Notes: generated from the letters alone by a model not told the origin. Counted from the first letter of the stretch, positions 41,598 through 54,220 are shown. The stretch is 64,000 nucleotides of DNA from an uncultured Planctomycetota bacterium (GCA_963711515.1 CAVQEL010000006.1:14072-78071), one strand, 5' to 3'. Numbers and translations: made by a program.

Positions 41598-43154
41598 TCA
41601 TTTCGAGGTAGTTACTGACGCAGCGGGCCGCCCTCCGACGGCACCCATGCGTCCTAGGGCTTTCCGCAGATGGTCGTAAAGCTCGTGTTTCTCGTCGCTT
41701 GACAGCAACCGCTGGCCCGCCAGCGTGGCCACGACAACGACGACCAGCGTGGCCAGGGCCAATCCACGGCCCCAAGCACAAACCGGCCACGGCCAGATCA
41801 ACAGCCACGTGCCCGGGTCGACGCGCATGCCGCACCAGCGGCTGAATTCGAGGGTTAGCACCAGCGCCGCCAGGTTGGCCACGGTCGTGGCCCACACCGC
41901 CCCGGGCAGCCCGTAGCTTGGCAGCCAGAGCAAATTCAAGCCGATGTTGAGCACAAAGCCCACGGCCAAGGGGACGGTGGCCAACGCCGCGCGTTCGGCG
42001 CACCACAGGTAGTTCTGCGCCACGGCAAACATGCCGAACCAGGCACAATATGCCAGCGTGCAAGGCAGCACGACCAGCCCGCCTTGAAACTTGTTTTCAA
42101 AGCCCACCACGAAGAGCACCGGTGCCGCGAACAACACCACGACCGAACCGGCGAGCGTCGCCAGGGCCAACAGCTTGAGCGTCGTGTTCAAGCGGCGCAC
42201 GACGACGTCGCGGCGGCCCACCTCCCAGTCGGTCGTCAGGTGCGGCGTGATCATCGACGCCAGCAGTCCGGCCACGCCGACGAACAACAGCGGCACGATT
42301 CGCGAGCTGTGATAGAAGCCCACCTGCCGCAACGCCTCGTCCGACGACATCCCGCCGTGATGCACGATCATGTAACGGTCGATCAGGTCGAACAGGTTGG
42401 CGATCAGATTGGTAACCCACATCCATACCGCGAAGGGCACCAGTCGGGCCCAAAACGGACCGTGCGGCGCCGGCGTCTCAGTGTACGCTTCGGCCCGCGT
42501 CACGCGCGCGAGCCAGCCGATCGAAGCACAAGCCGCCACGAGCGTTGCGATCGCATAGCCGACGATGATGCTCGTCGCGCCTCGCGGCCACACGGCCAGC
42601 AGCACCAGGCTGACGACGGCGAAGCCCAGACTTTGCAGAAACTGCAGCGCCGTCACGATCCGATACATTCGCACCGCGATGAACAAGGCCGTAAGAAAGT
42701 TGTGCGCGATGACCACGGCCAGGCACAGCGCGAGCCAGATGACCGTGTTCGATTCAACGTCCGAGCCGAAGATCAACCGCGAGAACCAGTCGCGGTACCA
42801 GATGATGCCTGCCGTGGCCGCGGCCGACGCCACGGCCGTCACCAGCGCGGTCCGCCAGAGAAACGTGCGAAACTGGCCCCGGTGCCGAAAATACTCGACG
42901 TAACGCCCAAACGAGCCGGGCAGCCCCAGCACGACCAGCGGCCCGGCCAGGTTCAAAAAGCCAAACGCAACGTCCCATTGACCCAACTGCTCCGGCGGCA
43001 GCCAGCGGCAAAACAACACTCCGCGGCCGAAGCCGACAAGCCGCTGCGCCACGGTCATCACCAGCAAGATCACCACGCTGGCGGCCAGCGTTTCAGCATG
43101 CGGGGCCAGCCCGTTCGTGTCGGCCCGCGGCGGTTCCTCGATGATGGCACTCAC
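41598..43154 (-). CDS. Polysaccharide biosynthesis/flippase protein (Wzx/MOP-like), about 12-14 TM.
   Basis: It is a 518 aa highly hydrophobic multi-TM protein inside the EPS locus. Confidence 0.7.
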   Translation of the reverse strand: MSAIIEEPPRADTNGLAPHAETLAASVVILLVMTVAQRLVGFGRGVLFCRWLPPEQLGQWDVAFGFLNLAGPLVVLGLPGSFGRYVEYFRHRGQFRTFLWRTALVTAVASAAATAGIIWYRDWFSRLIFGSDVESNTVIWLALCLAVVIAHNFLTALFIAVRMYRIVTALQFLQSLGFAVVSLVLLAVWPRGATSIIVGYAIATLVAACASIGWLARVTRAEAYTETPAPHGPFWARLVPFAVWMWVTNLIANLFDLIDRYMIVHHGGMSSDEALRQVGFYHSSRIVPLLFVGVAGLLASMITPHLTTDWEVGRRDVVVRRLNTTLKLLALATLAGSVVVLFAAPVLFVVGFENKFQGGLVVLPCTLAYCAWFGMFAVAQNYLWCAERAALATVPLAVGFVLNIGLNLLWLPSYGLPGAVWATTVANLAALVLTLEFSRWCGMRVDPGTWLLIWPWPVCAWGRGLALATLVVVVVATLAGQRLLSSDEKHELYDHLRKALGRMGAVGGRPAASVTTSK

Positions 43155-44016
43155 CGGGCGGCCTCCTGGGGCACCGGCGGCGGTTCCTCCCGCGGTTGGT
43201 AACAGTTGCGCTCGGCCGCGCGAAGCTTCCGCGGGTCGAGCGTGACCCAGTTCTTGAGGCGCAGCAACTCGTCGTCGACCGCGATGCGTTCGATATGGAA
43301 CGCGTCGCCGCCGGGAAAGTTGTATCCGCCGTAGGCCGAGCAGACGCCGTCATAGGCCTCGCGCCATGCGAAAGGCCGCCGGACCGAGATTCGCATGCTG
43401 GCCGTACGGAAACGCGAAATACCGCACGGGACGGCCGGTGATCGCTTCCAGTTCCCGCTGCGGCAGGATCAGCTCCTCGTACAACTGAGCTTCGTCCGAA
43501 ATGCCGCCCAGGTCGGCATGCCAGCGCGTATGCGCGCCGATATCGATGCCCGCGTCCGCCAGTCGGCGGATCTCTTCGGGCGTGTTCGGAAACAGGGGAT
43601 GCCCGCGCCGCACGTCGTGTGGAAACGGCTTGCCGCACAGGACGTTCCCGCTGCACACGAAGTAGGTGCACGGCACGCCCAACTCCACCAGCAGCGGCAG
43701 CGCGTAGCGGCAATTGTCGGCATAGCCGTCGTCGAAGGTGATTGTTACCGTCGGTCGAATGGTGCGCCCGACCGCAAGCGCCGTTGCGCTTCGGACAGGG
43801 AGACCATCTCGAACCGGCGCTGCAGCCAGTGGATCTGCCGCTCGAAGGCCGCCTGCGAGATCGTCCACGGGTTGAGTCGGTCGTCTGCCACGCGATGGTA
43901 GAACAGGCACACGGCCGGCGCCCGGCCCGCGGCGTGCAGCCGCGCCGCTCGGCGTGGCGCAGGGGGAGCGAGCCATGGTAATAGAGACCCAATAGCAACC
44001 GCTTCCAGAATGGCAT
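43151..44016 (-). CDS. Polysaccharide deacetylase family protein. About 3 apparent frameshifts.
   Basis: It carries 'TVTITFDDGYADNCRYALPLLVELGVPCTYFV' and 'GAHTRWHADLG', spread over ORFs in three frames. Confidence 0.65.
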
Positions 44017-44383
44017 GACGTACGATGTTCGCCCTGAAGATGCGGCCTGGGCGCGCGGTGATCGGGCGCGGCCGCAATCGGTGTAACATGCAACTCTTCG
44101 TTACGCCGTCCGAGATGCAAACTTCCGCCGGCATGTCGATTTTGCTTTGAATTGGCACGACCATGTTGCCGCCAAAACGCCACGCGACGTTTCGAAGAAT
44201 CAACATCCAGCCCGCCCGATTCTGACGATTGCGCGGCTCGCGCGCCGGAATCGAACTCGGCCCGCGGCATAGCCGTAGCAAGCTCAACCCACGTTCGCCG
44301 CGGCGCAATTTGGGCACTGCGTTTGCAAACCTTCTCGCAGAGCGAAATTCACGACCCATACTTCAAACAAGTAAACGGCACCT

Positions 44384-45892
44384 ATGTCACACACCACGAT
44401 CCATCCCAGCGACCTGTTGAACACCATCCGCAAGCATCCGCGGCTGGTGATCGCCCCGGTTGTTCTCTTGACGGCGGTGGCCCTGGGTTACGCACTGTTG
44501 CGGCCCGCTACGTGGGAAGCCTCGCAGGCGCTGGTCGTGCGCGACGAAACCGGCGATAGCCTAACGCGTCCCGGGAAGTTCGCGCACCTCGAGGACATGA
44601 AGACGACCCAAGAGACGATCCTCGAACTGGCCAAGAGCCGCGGTGTGCTCAACAGCGCGTTGCGGGAGGTCGGACCGGGAGATCAAGATGAGGTGACGGA
44701 CAACTGGCCCACGGGCAACGCCTTGGAGGCTTTGCAGGGCAGTGTCGAGGTGTCTCCGCCCAAGGGCGCTGAATTTGGCAAAACCGAGATGTTCTATCTG
44801 AAGGTGCGCGACCGCAGCCGCTCGCGCACGGTCGCCCTGGCCGCGGCGATTTGCTCGCAGCTGCAAGAACGCCTGGCTGCCCTCCGCGAAGCCACCGCCA
44901 AAAGCACAACTGAAGAGCTCACCCGATCGGCAGGCCTGGCGAAGCAGGACCTCGACAAGGCCACGGGGGCCTTGGCCCAGATGGAGCAACGCGTGGGCAA
45001 CGATCTGGCGGAGCTGCGCATCCTCAGCGATTCTCCGTCCGGCGACAGCGACCTGCGCCGCAACCTGGTCGAGCTGGAAAAAGAACAGCGCACCTATCGT
45101 GCCGCCCAGGTCGAGAACGAAGAACTACTCAAGCTGCTCAAGGCGGCCCAGGTCAATCCGGACCGCCTGTTGGCCAGTCCCGGCTCGTTGCTCAACTCGC
45201 AGCCGGCGCTGCGGCGGCTCAAGGAAGGACTGGTCGACGCGCAGCTTCGCAGCGGCCAGGCCCTGGGGACGATGTCGGAAGATCATCCGCAAGTCATGGG
45301 GGCCCGCGAAGCCGAGCGCGTGATCCGCGATCAGCTGCACGACGAAATCTCCTTGGCCATTCGGGGGGCCGAGTCCGATCTGCACATCGGCGCCGATCGG
45401 ATCCGCTCGGTCGAGGACGAGATCGCCGACATCCAAGCGCGGCTGTCGCGACTGGTCGCGCTGCGTGCCGAGTACGCCAATCTGTCGACAGCCGTGCAGC
45501 ATCGCAGCGAAACGCTCAAGAACGTCGATCGCGAACTGGCCGAAGCCCGCGCCAGCGAGGCGGCGGCCCGGGCCTCCAGCCGCATCAGCCCGATCGACAA
45601 GCCCGACGCCGGCACGCGGCCGGTGGGGCCCGGTCGCACGACGATCGTGGCGGCCGGGTTCGGCAGCGGGCTTTTGGTTTCGGCGGCGCTGGTGTTCCTG
45701 TTGACCCATCCGGCGCCCGTGCCTCGGCCGGCGGTCGCCGAGCAACGGCCCGAGCCGCAAACCGTTCCTGCGCCGTTGGCTGAGGAAGAAACCGCGACAA
45801 AGACGCAAACGATTCCCCTGCCCCGGCGCGGCCAGCAGGGTCCCAAGACACCGCTTACGTTGACCAAGGCCTTGCAACGCCTGGCCGGCTAG
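44384..45892 (+). CDS. Polysaccharide chain-length determinant (Wzz/GumC-like) protein without kinase domain.
   Basis: It has an N-terminal TM 'LVIAPVVLLTAVALGYALL', a long coiled coil, and a C-terminal TM 'TIVAAGFGSGLLVSAALVFLL'. Confidence 0.7.
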   Translation: MSHTTIHPSDLLNTIRKHPRLVIAPVVLLTAVALGYALLRPATWEASQALVVRDETGDSLTRPGKFAHLEDMKTTQETILELAKSRGVLNSALREVGPGDQDEVTDNWPTGNALEALQGSVEVSPPKGAEFGKTEMFYLKVRDRSRSRTVALAAAICSQLQERLAALREATAKSTTEELTRSAGLAKQDLDKATGALAQMEQRVGNDLAELRILSDSPSGDSDLRRNLVELEKEQRTYRAAQVENEELLKLLKAAQVNPDRLLASPGSLLNSQPALRRLKEGLVDAQLRSGQALGTMSEDHPQVMGAREAERVIRDQLHDEISLAIRGAESDLHIGADRIRSVEDEIADIQARLSRLVALRAEYANLSTAVQHRSETLKNVDRELAEARASEAAARASSRISPIDKPDAGTRPVGPGRTTIVAAGFGSGLLVSAALVFLLTHPAPVPRPAVAEQRPEPQTVPAPLAEEETATKTQTIPLPRRGQQGPKTPLTLTKALQRLAG

Positions 45893-45924
45893 TCGATGTC
45901 TTCGAGAGACGGAGAAAGGTCGTC

Positions 45925-46770
45925 ATGGATTCCGCTGTCATCGTCGCCCCGCCGGAATTGACCGGCTACGTTCTACCGCAGTCGCCCCAGTACGCCGGCC
46001 ACGAAGTCGTGTCCGCGCCGCCGGCAGTCTCGGCTCCGCCGGCCCCATCCCAACAGCGGGCTGACGAAGCGACGCGTCTGATCGTTCGCCCGGTCGAGGA
46101 TCCGCCGATCTCGCTGGCCCTGGAGCGCTTTCGCCGGGGAGAACCGCTCATCGAGCCCTTGGGCAATCAGTGCCGGCTGTACATGGCGGCCAAGCGTGCG
46201 TTGGATTTCTTCGGCGCTGCGTTGTTGGTCGTGTTGCTGTCGCCCGTGTTGCTGACGGCCACCGCCGTGCTGGCGATCACGACCGGGGGCCGGCCCTTCT
46301 TCGTGCAGGAGCGCATCGGTTATTGCGGGCGACGATTTCGCATGTTTAAGTTTCGCACGATGCGGCTCGACGCGGACAAAGTGCAGCACATGGTCGCCAA
46401 CGAAAAGGACGGGCCGATCTTCAAGAACCGCCGCGATCCGCGCGTCACGCGCATCGGACGCTGGCTGCGAATGACCAGCATCGACGAGCTGCCACAACTG
46501 TTCAACGTGTTGGGCGGCAGCATGTCGCTCGTCGGACCGCGGCCGCCGGTGGCCCGGGAAGTCGAACAATACGAGCCGTGGCAAAGGCGTCGACTGGCTG
46601 TCAAGCCGGGGCTGACTTGCCTGTGGCAGGTCAGCGGCCGCAGCGAAGTGGCCTTCGAGGAATGGGTGCGCATGGACCTCTGGTATCTCAAGAATCAAAA
46701 TCTCGCCACCGACGCCAAGCTGCTGGCGAAAACGCCGGCCAGCGTCGTCAGCGGTCGCGGCGCCTACTGA
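45925..46770 (+). CDS. Polyprenyl-phosphate sugar phosphotransferase (bacterial sugar transferase, WbaP/ExoY-type), the initiating enzyme.
   Basis: It carries 'GRRFRMFKFRTMRLDAD...DGPIFKNRRDPRVTRIGRWLRMTSIDELPQLFNVLGGSMSLVGPRP'. Confidence 0.85.
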   Translation: MDSAVIVAPPELTGYVLPQSPQYAGHEVVSAPPAVSAPPAPSQQRADEATRLIVRPVEDPPISLALERFRRGEPLIEPLGNQCRLYMAAKRALDFFGAALLVVLLSPVLLTATAVLAITTGGRPFFVQERIGYCGRRFRMFKFRTMRLDADKVQHMVANEKDGPIFKNRRDPRVTRIGRWLRMTSIDELPQLFNVLGGSMSLVGPRPPVAREVEQYEPWQRRRLAVKPGLTCLWQVSGRSEVAFEEWVRMDLWYLKNQNLATDAKLLAKTPASVVSGRGAY

Positions 46771-46794
46771 GGAAATCTTCGTTCGGGAGAGGCC

Positions 46795-47966
46795 ATGTCC
46801 ACCGCGGCTTGGGAGTTGACGAACGCGGGCGTGCTCGATGCGCCGACCTTGGTGGCCGCGACCGCACCGGTTCGCGTGCTGCACCTGATCAACGGCGAGC
46901 ACTACTCCGGGGCCGAGCGCGTGCAGGACCAGTTGGCGTTGAATCTCGGCCGCTACGGCTACGCCGTCGGGTTTGGCTGTTTGAAGCCGGGACGCTTCGA
47001 CCAGGCGCGGCAAGCCCGCGAGGCGCCCTGGTCGGGTTGCCGATGCGCAGCCGTTTCGACCTGCGACCGGCGTGGCAATTGGCGAATCTGGTGCGCGAGC
47101 AGTCCTACGCGTTGATCCATACGCACGCGCCGCGGGCCGCGCTCGTGGGGCGCGTGGCGGCGGCGCTTTGCGGAGTGCCGCTGGTGCATCACCTGCACAG
47201 CCCGACGGGAAGGGACTCGACGCGCCGCTGGCAAAATCGCGTGAACGCGGTGATGGAACGAACGAGTTTGTCGCGCGCGGCGGCCGTCGTGTGCGTGTCG
47301 CACAGCCTGGCCGACTATGCCGCGGCGCAGGGCATTGCCCGAGAAAAGATTCACGTCGTCCCCAACGGCGTACCGGTGCTCGGCCCGCTGGCCGAACGCA
47401 CTCCGCCGACAGGCACCTGGACGACTGGGCACCGTGGCGCTGTTTCGACCCCGCAAGGGTCTGGAAGTGCTGCTGGATGCCATGGCCAGGCTCGCCGCGA
47501 TGGTTCGGATGTCCGCTTGAAAGCCGTCGGCGAGTTTGAAACGCCCGAGTACCGATGCCAAATCGAACGGCGCGTCGCCGACTTGGGCCTCGGCGAGTTT
47601 GTCGAGTGGACCGGGTTTACACAGGAAGTCACGAGTGAATTGCGGCGCATGGATCTGTTCGTGTTGCCGAGCTTGTTCGGCGAAGGGTTGCCGATGGTCG
47701 TGCTCGAAGCGATGGCCGCCGGCGTGCCGGTCGTGGCCACGCGCGTCGAGGGGGTGCCGGAGGTGATTCGCGACTCGCTGGACGGCCGCCTGGCCGTGCC
47801 CGGCGATGCGACCGACCTGGCGCGCGTGATTCAAGAGTTCATCGCCGGCAAAGCGAACTGGTCGTGGTTGCGGCGCAACGCCCATCGCCGCCAGGCCGAG
47901 CGGTTTTCGGCCCGCAGCATGGCGCGAGGTGTGGCGGAAATCTACCAACAGGTGCTGGATCGATGA
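46795..47966 (+). CDS. Glycosyltransferase family 1. About 3 apparent frameshifts (about 47030, about 47400, about 47520).
   Basis: It carries 'VLHLINGEHYSGAERVQDQL' and 'FVLPSLFGEGLPMVVLEAMAAGVPVVATRVEGVPEVI'. Confidence 0.75.
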
Positions 47967-48796
47967 CGATGCCAACTGGTTCGCAGACCAAGACGTGGAA
48001 ACTCAGGCCATTGCGTGTGCCGCTGTTTGGCTTCGAACTGGACGCCATCACGATGCGCGAGGCGGTCGAGCGGGTTTACGGCTGGGTCCGCACGCCGCGG
48101 CAGGGCCGCTTCGTCGTGACGCCCAACGTCGACCATGCCGTCTTGTTTCAACGCGACGCCGAATTGCGGGAGTCGTACGCCAATGCGTCGCTGGTGCTGG
48201 CCGATGGCATGCCGGTGGTGCTGGCCGCACGCCTGCTCGGACGCCCGCTGCCGGGACGCGTGCCGGGGAGCGATCTGGTTCCCGCCCTGTTCGAAGCGGC
48301 GGCGGCACGCGCCGGCCTGCGCGTGTACCTGCTGGGAGCCGCGCCGGGCGTGGCCCAGCGGGCGGCGGAAAACATTCGCGCACGCTGGCCCGGGGTCGAG
48401 ATCGTCGGCACCTACAGCCCACCGGTGGGATTCGAGAATGACGAGCAGGAGAACCAGGCGATTCTGGACAAAATCGCCGCGGTGCGGCCTGACCTGCTGA
48501 TTGTCGGCTTGGGCGCGCCAAAGCAAGAGCGTTGGGTCAACGCCCACCGCCAACGGATCGACGCGGCCGTGACGCTGTGCGTCGGCGCGACGATCGATTT
48601 TCTGGCCGGCGAACGCCGGCGGGCGCCGCGCTGGATGCGGCGGGGCGGGCTCGAGTGGCTGCACCGCGTGGCCAGCGAACCCAAGCGACTACTCAAGCGA
48701 TACGTTCGCGACGCCTGGATCTTTCCGCAGTTGGTGTGCAGCGAATGGTTCGCTGCGCGGCGACGACGAACCGGCGAAGCGGCCCACCAAGGCTGA
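47964..48796 (+). CDS. WecB/TagA/CpsF-family glycosyltransferase (GT26).
   Basis: It carries 'VVTPNVDHAVL...ANASLVLADGMPVV...LLIVGLGAPKQERW'. Its start overlaps the upstream stop (ATGA). Confidence 0.8.
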
Positions 48797-48866
48797 CGAG
48801 CCACGCCGGCAACCGCTACAATCTGGCAAGCGTCTCCCGCACGTTCGCCTTGCCAGAGCTTTTGCC

Positions 48867-50113
48867 GTGCCCACGCAGAACGTGATCTGTATCGTCGTCG
48901 ACCGTCTGCACGCGGGCATGATCGGCGCATACGGCAATAGCTGGCTGCGCACCGCGGCGCTCGACGAACTAAGCTATCGATCGTTTGTTTTCGACCAGGC
49001 GCTCGTGGATTGTCCGCGGCTTGAGTCGTTGTACCGATCGTATTGGTGGGGCCAGCACGCCGAGGACCGCCGGCAGCCCGCCGACGGAAGGGGGAATCTT
49101 CCGCAGTTGCTCAACGCCGCCGCGATGCACACGACACTGTTGACCGACGCGCCGGAGGTGTCCCGGTTGCCGGAGGCCGCGGACTTCCGCGAGCGCCTGT
49201 TCATCGAGCCGCCGGCAAGAGAACAGACGGCCGCCGACGTTGCCGACACGTGCCTGGGCCGGTTGTTCGGTGCGGCCAGCCGGTGGCTGCGGTGCCCCCC
49301 CGAGCCGTTTTGCTTGTGGATTCACTCCCGCGGCATGGGCGCTGCTTGGGACGCGCCGCTGGCGATGCGAAACCGGTTTGCCGAAGCGGACGATCCGCAA
49401 CCGCCGGCCCTGGTGGCCGTGCCGGACTACTGGCTTCCCCGGGATGCGGACCCCGACGAAGCGCTGGGCATTCGGCACGCGTATGCGGGTCAGGTTTCGC
49501 TGTTGGACACGTGCCTGGGCGCGTTCTGCGATCAGCTCGACGAAAGCCCGTTGGCGGCGAACACGCAATTGACGCTCGTCTCGGCCCGGGGCTTTTCGCT
49601 GGGATTGCACCAGCGGATCGGCACGTGCGACGAGGCATCTACAACGAGACGGTGCAGTTGGCGTGGATGATGCGCTTTCCGGACGGGCTGGGCCGCGCCG
49701 CCCGCAGCCAGGCGCTGGTGCAGCCGCACCAGCTACCCGGCACGCTGGTCGACTGGTTGCAGCTCGACCGCGGCTCGCTCGGCGCCGGCGACACCGACAG
49801 CTTGTTGGCCGTATTGCGCGGCGAAGTCGACGTGCTGGCGGATCGGGTGTTGATGGTTTCCAGCCACGATCGGGCGATTCGCACACCGGCCTGGCATCTG
49901 CGCCAGCCGCTCGCCGGCGCGGCCGAGTTGTATGCCAAACCAAGCGACCGCTGGGAAGTGAACGAGGTGTCGAAAATTCTGCCCGACGTCGTCACCGCGC
50001 TTCGGCAAGCGCTGGACGAAATGGAGGTCGCCGGCCCCATGGCGGCCGCTGGCTCCCCTCCCCGAACTGTTGACGAGCGAAGTCGATTGACCGAGCGGGG
50101 GACGACGTGCTAG
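48867..50113 (+). CDS. Sulfatase-like hydrolase/transferase family protein (no CxPxR seen). Apparent frameshift near 49630.
   Basis: The N-terminus 'VICIVVDRLHAGMIGAYGNSWLRT' resembles the sulfatase/phosphoglycerol-transferase fold. The coding sequence continues in ORF 49043..50113. Confidence 0.45.
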
Positions 50114-50419
50114 CTAAAACTCGCGGGGCTGGGTGAGCTGCGCGATTCTTGGGCCACTGGCGGCGTCCTCGCCTGGCTTGCCGTTTTGTGCCAGGATGCC
50201 CAGCTTCGGCAGCGCGCGAGCAGCGCGGCGGATCTTCCCGGCCGACCGGCGTAGAGCCCCGCAGACGCGGTCGATATAATCCCGCTCCCTTCGTAGGGAA
50301 TCTCTGTAGCGACAACGACTTAACACGCCAGGCACCGATGTTCGGACAAGGACGTCCGGCAACATCTGCGCGCGCGCCGGTCGCGCGTTTGTTTCGCGCC
50401 ATGTATTGGCTGCGTCGCG

Positions 50420-53400
50420 GTGCGGTTGCGCTGTGCGGTCCTGGTGGCGATGGCAAGGTGCACGCTGGCCGACGACGTCACCTTGCGGCTGCGAATCGCT
50501 TGGGGCGGGGGCGCCGAACGCGTTTGGCGGGGCACGATCGCGCTGGCCGGCGGCACGCTCTCGGACCTGCAGGCGCTAGGGATCGAGGCCGACGAACCAG
50601 GCTCCATCTGGATTGCCGGCGCCGATCGCGTCGAAATTCGCCAGGCCAGCCCGCGGGCCTACGACGGCCTGGACGTGACGATCAGCGGCGATCGCGCCGC
50701 GCGCCTGTCGATTCGCCTTTCGCACGACCAGGCGGCCGAACCGCCCAGCGTCGACGTCTCGCTCGGCGAGCTGGTTGATCAACCGTACGATACCGACCTG
50801 GACGACGCCGGCAATCGGCTGAGCGTGTCGCGCACCAGGGCGATCGCCTGCGGGTCGAAATCGATCGCGATCATCTCGTATTCGCGCCCGGCGAGCCGGT
50901 TACGTTGCAGGTGCAGCCGCACCTGATCGGAGCCAGCACGGCCGGCCTGCGGCTGCACGCGCAGATCGCGCGGAGCCCCGGCGGACAGCGGGTCTGGACG
51001 AAAGAATACACCACCGGCGACGATGGCACGGCCACGACCATCACGCTGCCGGTTCCGGAAGGCGAAGGCGTCTACGACTTGACGCTGGCCGTGGCTGCCT
51101 CGTCGCGCATCAGGCAGCGGTTCGGGCTGCAACGGCCGGTCGTCGAGCGGAAAGTGCAGTTCGTCGTGCTTGCGCCGAAGCGGTCGCGCAGACCGGCGAA
51201 GCCCCTACGGCGCGGGTCGTCGAGATCAATCCGGTCAACTCGCGATGGTGGGAGCGGTTTGCCAACCTGCCGCTCATTCCGGGCTTTCGCAAGGGCCCGT
51301 TGGGCAACGGCGACTCGGACACCTGGAACCACCCGGTGCTCGGCCCGATGGTCCAGCTTGGCCCACACGGGACGGCGCCTGATATCAGTTGGGAAGCCTA
51401 TCCGCTGCCGATCAACCATCCCGGGCAGGTCCACGTGCTCGAAGTCGAATATCCCAGCGACGTGCCGCAGGCGATGGGCATTAGCCTGCTCGAGCCGAAC
51501 GCGGCGGGCGCCGTGATGCCGATCGGCCTGGATTCGGGCGTCTACGTCACCGACGAAGAGGCCGAAAGCCCGCCCCGGCTGTCCAAACACCGGATCGTCT
51601 TTTGGCCGAAGACCAAAACCCCCTTGGTGTTGATCACGAATCGCCGCGAGGGATCGCGGGCCGTGTACGGCAAGATCACCGTGTACAGCGCTCCTGGTGT
51701 CGCAACTATCGGCGCTGACGTTCGGCCGTTTCGACAGCGGCAGCACGCTGCCGCCGGCATTCGACGACCAGCGGCGGCCCGAGCGGCTGTGGGCCGGTTA
51801 CATGGATCGTCCGCTGGTGCCCGAAAACCTCGGGCGCCCCGGAGGCACTCGACCCGCAGAGCAACCGCAGCCTCGACGATTGGAACACCTTTCACGAGTC
51901 CGGCACCCGGTTGGTGAAGTACCTCAAGCACGTGGGTTACAACGGCCTGATGCTCTCGGTGTTGGCCGACGGCAGCTCGCTCTTTCCCAGCCAGTTGCTG
52001 GAACCGACGCCGCGCTACGACACGGGGGTCTTCTTTGCCAGCGGGCAGGATCCGCTGCGCAAGGACGCGCTGGAGATGTACTTCCGGCTGTTCGATCGCG
52101 AGCAGCTCGTATTGATTCCGGCTTTGCAATTTGCCTCACCCTTGCCGGAAATCGAAGCGCTCAAGCGCAGCGGCGGGGCGGCGGCCGTGGGACTGGAGTG
52201 GATCGACGCCAACGGCCGGCCGCGGCGGGCGGCGGACGCCTCCGCGGGCGCGGCCTATAACTTGCTCAATCCGCACGTGCAGCAGGCCATGCTGAGCGTG
52301 GTGCGCGAGGTTGTCAGCCGATACGCGGCGCACCCGTCGTTCGGCGGCGTGGCGCTGCAACTTTCGCCAGAAACCTACGCTCAATTGCCGGCCGGACCCG
52401 GCGGTTTCGACGACGAGACCATCGCCCGCTTCGAGCAAGCCACCGGCCGGCAAGTTCCCGGCGAAGGCGCCGAACGGTTTGCCGCCCGAGCCCGCTATTT
52501 CGACGGACCGGGGCGCCAGGCGTGGCTCGACTGGCGGTCGCGATTGGTGGCCGACTTTCATCGCCGGCTCGAGCGTGAGATCGTCGCCAGGCATCCCGAG
52601 GCGAAGCTCTACCTGGCCGGCGGCACGATGTTGGAAGACGATCGCTTGCGACTGGGCCCGGCGCTACCGCGGCGCACGAAGCTCGACGAAGTGTTCGAGG
52701 AAATCGGTCTGTCGATGCCAGCGTACGCGCGGACACCGGGCATCGTGCTGCTCAGGCCGCAACTGATGCGGCCCGCTACGGCCGCCCCGCCGGCCGGCGC
52801 CGCCGAAGCCGAGATCTATCTCTCTCCGGAAATGGACCGGCTCTTCGCCGCGCAGCCGCACCGCGCGAGCCTGTTCTACGACGAGCCTCAGAAGGCCCGA
52901 CTGCCGGGCTTTGACGTCGAAAGCCCGTTTGGCGCGGCCAACACCTACACTTGGCTCGTGGCCGAAATGTCGCCGTCGGGAGATCGCAACCGGCGGCGCT
53001 TCGTCCACAGCCTGGCCGTGGGCGACACAGAGCAAATGTTCGACGGCGGCTGGCTCTTGCCGTTGGGTCAGGAGGAGCAGCTCCATCACGTTTTGAGCGT
53101 ATACCGGCAGTTGCCCGGCGAGCCCTTCCAGACGGTCGCCGGCGACTTCCAGCCGGTCACGATCCGCACGTTGTCGCGAGCCGGCGAGTCCTACGTCTAC
53201 CTCGTGAACGACTCTCCCTGGAGCGTCGACGTGGCCGTGCAGCTCGACGTTCCGCAAAACGGCGAATTCGAGCCACTGGGCGAAGGCGGCAGCTCGACTC
53301 CGCCGGCGCGTAGCGGAAGCCGAACCGCCTGGCCCGTCAAGCTCAAGCCGTATGACGTCGCCGCCGGGCGGTTCACCGTCTCCAACGTCCGCGTGCTTTC

Positions 53401-54220
53401 GGCCGCGGTCACCCTGCCGGGAGAGGTTCACGATTCGCTCCAGCAGCGCATCGAGGACCTGGTATCCCGCGTGCGGGCATTGGGACAATCGGTGGTGGAA
53501 AACGGAGGATTCGAGGCTCCGCTGGCGGAGCGCCAATTGACCGGCTGGGTCGCCCACATTCCGGCCGGCGGCCGCGTCGCGCTCGACACGCGTCAATTTC
53601 GCAGTGGCAAGCAATCGCTGATGTTGACCACCGGCACGCAAAGCGTGAGCGTTGCCAGCGCGCCGTTCGATCCGCCCAGCGTGGGACGGATCGTCGTCGA
53701 AGCCTGGCTGCGGACCGCGGGCGGAGAGCCGCCGCCGGCCGTGCGCATCGCGATCGAGGGCCAGTGGAACGGTTCGCCGTTTCGGCCGCACGGCATGATC
53801 GAACACGTCGGCGCCACGGCCCGAGCGCCCGGCGATTGGGTGCTGTACAGTTTCCCCATCGAAAACCTGCCGACCGAGGGGCTCTCGCCGCTACGGGTCC
53901 GTTTCGAGTTGGTCGGGCCGGGAGAAGTCTGGATCGACGACGTGCAGGTGCGACCCTTCAGCGAGCCGCAGTTTATCGAGCTGTCGACCATCAACAGCCT
54001 GGCCAGCTTGCACCTGGAAAAACGACAATACTCCGATTGCGCACGGCTGTTGGAAGGCTACTGGCCGCAATTCCTGGTTGCCCACGTGGCGCTGACAACC
54101 GCTACGGCCGGCAACACGCCGCTGGCCAAGCGACCCAAACCGCCGGCCCCGGCGCCGGCCGAGCCCAAGAAACCGTCGCTGTTCGAGAGCATGCGCGGAC
54201 TGATCCCGCAGTTCCATTAG
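50420..54220 (+). CDS. Very large secreted hypothetical protein (about 1260 aa) at the end of the EPS locus. About 5 apparent frameshifts.
   Basis: A GTG start is followed by the signal-like 'MRLRCAVLVAMARCTLA'. Coding-looking segments span four frames (50420.., 50779.., 51180.., 51697.., 51911..54220). Confidence 0.45.
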
